Of a stretch of DNA of 64,000 nucleotides, positions 58,989 through 64,000 are shown one piece after another; within the stretch, counting starts at the first letter, position 1, and each line of letters begins with the position of its first letter. Position numbers and translations under genes: made by a program. The stretch is from Ophelia neglecta (Eukaryota). The stretch covers positions 79,980,001-80,044,000 of the forward strand of contig OZ260664.1 in assembly GCA_965285935.1 (NCBI GenBank), given 5' to 3'. Below the pieces are notes generated by a model. The model did not search any database. It was not told the origin of the DNA and worked only from the letters and a program-made list of their open reading frames with translations.

Positions 58989-61900
58989 GTGAGACACGAG
59001 TTACACACTGTCGAGTTAGATTCGGCAACCTACCATGTGTGAATGTCAAACATGGCAGTAAGTATAAGGCATAGATAGATTGAACACATAGAGTCATGAT
59101 GGAGCAGTTTTTTTGTCTTGGAATAATGGGCTTGATTTGAGGTATGGTTACGTTGATACAGTACAGTTGTTAAGGGCTGCAGGTTCAATGTATTCTTTTT
59201 CTCAAATAGATTGTAACTATGAAACACAAGCACATTTAGAGCATAGCTGCTCTGGAAAAGTCTACATTAAAGCATGTTATCGGCTGACGTGGCTATAAAA
59301 GCAGCAACAAATGCAGTCTTTTCATTACGGTGTTGCCTGAAGGGTCAAATATAATAGTAGTAGGGCAGATTTGATATTGGGCTTTTTATATTAGATAACA
59401 ACAATAGTAATCAATTGACCTGTTTGTGATTGTCCATGGCAATACCCCCAACTACATGGCTCTGGAAGCAGGGATTGATCTGGGTTGAGGACTAAGTGGG
59501 GCATTTTACCCTTTTTGTTGGTGCTGCGTTGGGGGAATTTAAGTATGAATAGGGGCCTAAATCCTAGAAGATTGGTGAATCACCTTTGTTCAAACCATGC
59601 CCTTCCGGCATGTATCTCGGTAAAGTATTTTTTATACCAGTAAATCTAGTAGTTGCCTCAATGTGATAGTAGCAATGGCAATAAGAAGCTTTCAGACCTG
59701 TCTGGTAATATGAAGACACATTACCACAGGACAGCGTACATTAATGAATCCATGCACACACGGACCAAATCAGGTTTTCATGGCCGTGAGTAATAAAGTG
59801 ATTTTCGTGGGCCAACATAACGTCAAAAACTATTTACATCATTTCCACTTTGAGACATCATAATAATCACCCTTAAAAGAGGAAGTGAGACCATTACAAG
59901 CGCCGCTTTGCTAAAAGAGTTTTTGACCACTTTTGGAAAACTGGTCTAGGTGTTGTCATCAACAATACAACTGAGATGCTGCTGAGCAGATGACACTGAC
60001 TTGGACGATTAATTCCCACTTCCTACTGGATTTCAAGCATAGGTTTTTAGATATCAATAAAGATTGCCCACTCTGCCCCCCTGTATAGGCTTGTTTAATG
60101 GAGGTTTAAACATGTATGCATGAATCCCTCAATCCCGCCTACCACATCTAGCCCTGTGGATATGGGAGATTATTATTTTACTTGAAAAAGCGTGTCTTTT
60201 TAGGGCAAACTATTGGTGAGTTATGCCCATCTGAATTAAGTGGAAGTTACAGCAAAATAAAAGTGTGTGTCAACTTATATTTTTTCCAGTAGGGTTGATA
60301 TATGTGTTATAAATTATAAGTCCTTGATAACAGTTGTGGTTCTGTGCCTTATATCACTGTATTCAAGTAAGCTCTGGACACCATTGCCCACCCCACCCCA
60401 CCCCCCCCCCTCACTTATCCCAGTCATCACTCATCAGACACCTCTGGAAACATGTAAACACATGGGAACACTGAAATATGGCCAAGAAATACAGCAAAGG
60501 CTGTTGCATCCGAGTTGAAAACTAGTGTGGGCATCTGGCTAAGCCCGCAAGCTGTTCTAAATATGAATTAAACATGCCCTGTCATTGGCTTTCCAAAGAT
60601 TAAAACAATCATGTAATTGATTAAGTTTATACTACCCACATAGCGACATGTGCAAATCAAAAATATGGTATCCAAGATGAAAAGAAAGCCTGCCAACAAA
60701 GTCAACGAAACTACTGAAATTATTAATTTCTTTCCAAAAAGTGAAATGTAATGGTCAGTTTACTTTCATAAGAACTGCAAATATGTGTTTTCAAATAATT
60801 GTGAAAATGATAACTGCTAATTTGCCCAAGTCTTTGCATTTCTGGATGAAACAAGGGATTTTCCCCTCTCCCCTAAAAAAGAGTTTCCCTTGTATTTATT
60901 TTCAAGGCGGGGGGTGGGGGGTGCTTGTGTTTCTAAATGCCAAGTGTTTACTTCAAAACCTGAAGTTGTATTTTTCCAACAAAAATGTAATTTTCAGCAT
61001 GATTGTTTTTTGATGTATGTTTAACGGATTTATAAATTTCCCAATTCAATGAGCATGTATATGATATTACTGTGCTATTTGATTCTGGCATGAATATCAT
61101 ATGTTGCTAATATAAAGCAGGCATAAACTGGCAAATCCAATATGTAGAAAAAAAACCAAATAGGACACCAATTTGTCAAATGATTGGGACTGTTTACTTG
61201 TCCACTTGGCATGTATTTTAGAGCAGTTGGCAGCCCTTATAATATCAATTCAATTGGCTGTGATTTTAGGGTCCATGTTTATGATAGCAAAACTTGCCTG
61301 TCCTACTTTTTTAGATTTTTTGTTCAATTATAACAAGTTGAAAGAGGCAAGGAACATTGACCTAGAACCAGTATATCTGATCACACTCAAATATGATAAA
61401 TTGGAACATGTATGCCAGCATTTGATATGTGTATCTCCTGGCTTTTGGAAAGCCAAGCTGTTTACTTGGAAGCTGTCTGATTTTATCCATGGGGTATTTA
61501 ACTATTCAATGATTGCTTACATGTATTTTTATAGCTTGCATGAAAATATATTACTATAAATGTTTGTGCGCTAGAAGTCCATACATGCAGTGTCATACTA
61601 TTTAGACATAGAGTTGTGGGAGACTACTTTATTTTGGTCACAGAGGTAATGATTAGCAGTAAGGCCACCTGTTGTAGAATGTTACTTCCCGTCAATTATT
61701 ACTCCCATTTTGTCATGTTTTGTAGAAGATTTACAGTTCGGTGCATGAAAGGAAATGATATTAGATGACACAGCCAAAAATAAACTGAAGCACCTTCTTT
61801 AATACAGTGATAGTAGGATGGCTATTGCAGCGAATCCTGGAACATAGAAGATGGACCTACTCTGACTCGGCAATCAGACTAATAAAATGTAGTAATAAAA

Positions 61901-62433
61901 TGCAATCAAATTCACAACCAGAAGGTGATGTTTTTCCTTGCTTTGCAAACAACTTTGATGACATTTTGCTGGTGTGGAAAATGAGTAGAATAATTGTATG
62001 GTGAATTCTGGGTGACAGGTTGTACCAGGCAAATAAGTCGTAGCTGGTTCTTTTTTTTACAGGGTTCTGCAGATTAAAGCCCCAATTATAGTTAAGTTAG
62101 CTAGCTGTGTGCTTTCCCAGCCTCTATCATTCAGGCCTACTGTGGAAGAAGAATTAATTGCAGTGAAAATAATTTTTTCGTAGACTACAAGTAATGCTAG
62201 ATTGCCCAGTAAAAGTTCTTCTCCATCAGTAGTATACTGGGCATTCATCATCGGTTATTGGTTATTACATGTTAAGTCTGAACTGCACCAAAAAGTAATT
62301 CTGGTGACACATATTTTGCAATCAATGAGCAAGTTAAAAATCTGCAAATATTTTTACTGAAACAGTATTTGGCACGCTGCCACTTTACTGAAACATAAAT
62401 TCTGGAAATTATTCTTTTTGGCTCATTTTCTTC

Positions 62434-62520
62434 ACTGTAAATCAGGAAATTTACGGGAGCGGGTAATTTCAGGATAATCTTAAAATGAGGGAAAATTTCA
62501 TGCTCCCAAAGTTTTCCTTT
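62434..62520. repeat. Short palindromic DNA-transposon remnant in DPH3 intron 1
   Basis: CTGTAAATCAGGAAATTTACGGGAGC ... GCTCCCAAAGTTTTCC inverted arms. Confidence 0.4.
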
Positions 62521-62973
62521 ATGCTATTTACCTACGAAGTCCCACTTTCCATAGCAAAAAATTAACTATGCATGTAATTACTTAGCAATGAAATTTAAAG
62601 TTTAAACTGCGTGTATAGGGTAACATTGTTGGCATAAAATTTTTGGAAATGAACATTTAATGGTTTAAGGTACACAAATGATTGGAGTCCTTTATGTTAA
62701 TTACTACTCCTCATAGCAGAGGTGATTTTCTCTAAGCAAAGCTTCCTCCCATCAGAATTGATGTAAGGGAGGATTGCAGAGAGCCCATTCCCTCTGCTAC
62801 GAAGCACATAAACCCCAAGTGGCTAAATGATAAATAGCAATTATTGCAATGGGAATATTTTAATTAACCAGACAAAGGCAACTTTCCCAAGCTGAATAAA
62901 TAAATATACTAAACAATGACTGACCATTTATTTTGATATTTTTATGTCAATGATAATGCTCATTATTTTTTAG

Positions 62974-63048
62974 GAAGAAATAGAAGCAGGAGAAGATGTT
63001 GCCACTTGCCCAAGCTGTTCACTTCTAATTAAAGTAATCTATGATCCA
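62974..63048 (+). CDS. DPH3: DPH3 exon 2 ([25 protein letters not shown])
   Basis: Acceptor ttttttag|GAA, donor CCA|GTAAGT. CPSCSL motif. Confidence 0.96.
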
Positions 63049-63838
63049 GTAAGTACTGGAAAATTAATTATAACTGTATCATTACATGTCAGTAAAAACA
63101 TGAGCTTCACCGATAATCTATTAATCTGGCATCAGTTGAATTGACGCGCAATACAGAAAAGAAATTATATTTTAAATTACATTTTACTGTATTAACTAAG
63201 AATATCCTAGTATTTTTATGCATGTAGTATTGATGATATATTTATTCTATATATGATAACCCATGGTTTCAATGATATATGTTTGGGATCTGGAGATTAT
63301 AAATTTATAATTAGCAGTTTTGGGCCTCTACAGGATGCTGTGATATAGAATTATTGTACACTTGTAGAAGGTTTGCCCCTATCTAAGACACAAGCACCAT
63401 TATGTTGTAGTAAACACAATTAAAACTGCTTTGTGTGTGGTAATAAAGCATAAATGAGCCATCAGTTGTCATAATCAAGTAGAGTTTACGGCCAAAAGAC
63501 AAACACTTAGGCCAGCTCTATATCAACTGAAATCTTCACAACTCCCTTGGTAATATTACCACATCAATGACACTCTGGGATTATAAATCTAAAAATGTTT
63601 TTGATGTTTTGCCGCCATTTGTCGTTCTGATCTGACCAATGTCACTGAGGAGTCTAGAGTGGTTGTTGAAAATATAGTGGTTTGCAATGACTTGAAATAC
63701 TGGTGTGAAAAAAAATGATCTTGCATTACACAAAGAAATTATTTTTGCAAGCCGACACATAAAGTATCTTTGTTGTGGGAATTTTGATACTTAAATGCCT
63801 CAGTTTTATTTAACAATGAATTGTTCTCTGTATTGCAG

Positions 63839-63901
63839 GATGATTTTCTTCAAGGTGAAGAGGTTCCAGCCCCAGCCAAGAGTGATCTTGAACTGGCCTA
63901 A
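63839..63901 (+). CDS. DPH3: DPH3 exon 3 (DDFLQGEEVPAPAKSDLELA*); 81-aa product
   Basis: Acceptor tattgcag|GAT, TAA at 63899-63901. Confidence 0.9.
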   Translation, partial: DDFLQGEEVPAPAKSDLELA

Positions 63902-63915
63902 CTATTTTACCTGGA

Positions 63916-63921
63916 AATAAA
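63916..63921 (+). terminator. Candidate DPH3 poly(A) signal AATAAA
   Basis: 15 nt after the stop codon; ATTAAA also follows at ~63947. Confidence 0.45.
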
Positions 63922-64000
63922 CTACTTGTTAATGTAGGTAACCACTATTAAATAGACACACTAGAGGCTGTGTGGAAGCTGTTGTTTTTCTGTTTCGAAG

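Noticed and set aside
1-64000. tRNA, rRNA, U12-type introns, SECIS elements
   Set aside because: None recognisable by eye, and all assembled introns have ordinary GT-AG sites. A tRNAscan/Infernal run would be needed to exclude them formally.

Overview
AT-rich animal (probably invertebrate bilaterian) genomic DNA with spliceosomal GT-AG introns; nothing prokaryotic. Three protein-coding genes can be assembled by hand. (1) A two-coding-exon ankyrin-repeat/SOCS-box (ASB-like) gene on + (176..2276). (2) A large inverted-formin gene on - with at least 12 coding exons (52407..11986, at least 2195 aa): an INF2-type N-terminal calmodulin-type motif and DID/DD, FH1, a Form3/FHDC1-like FH2, a DAD-like motif, and a ~1270-aa disordered tail in one exon that ends in a basic S/T/P-rich region. 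Its start exon is unresolved. (3) DPH3 on + (58881..63901, 3 exons, 81 aa), divergent from the formin. Intergenic and intronic DNA holds decayed LINE (CR1/L2-type) fragments, several MITEs and an ATGAACC-repeat element. The most notable points are the hybrid INF2/FHDC1 architecture, candidate internal first exons giving DID-truncated isoforms, a candidate first exon with an in-frame TAG, and arrays of repeated short motifs (RRW; aPKC-type FxRxxxxRx[ST]) in the formin tail. I found no evidence for a wholly new multi-gene system. All homology statements are from recall of the families, not from database searches.
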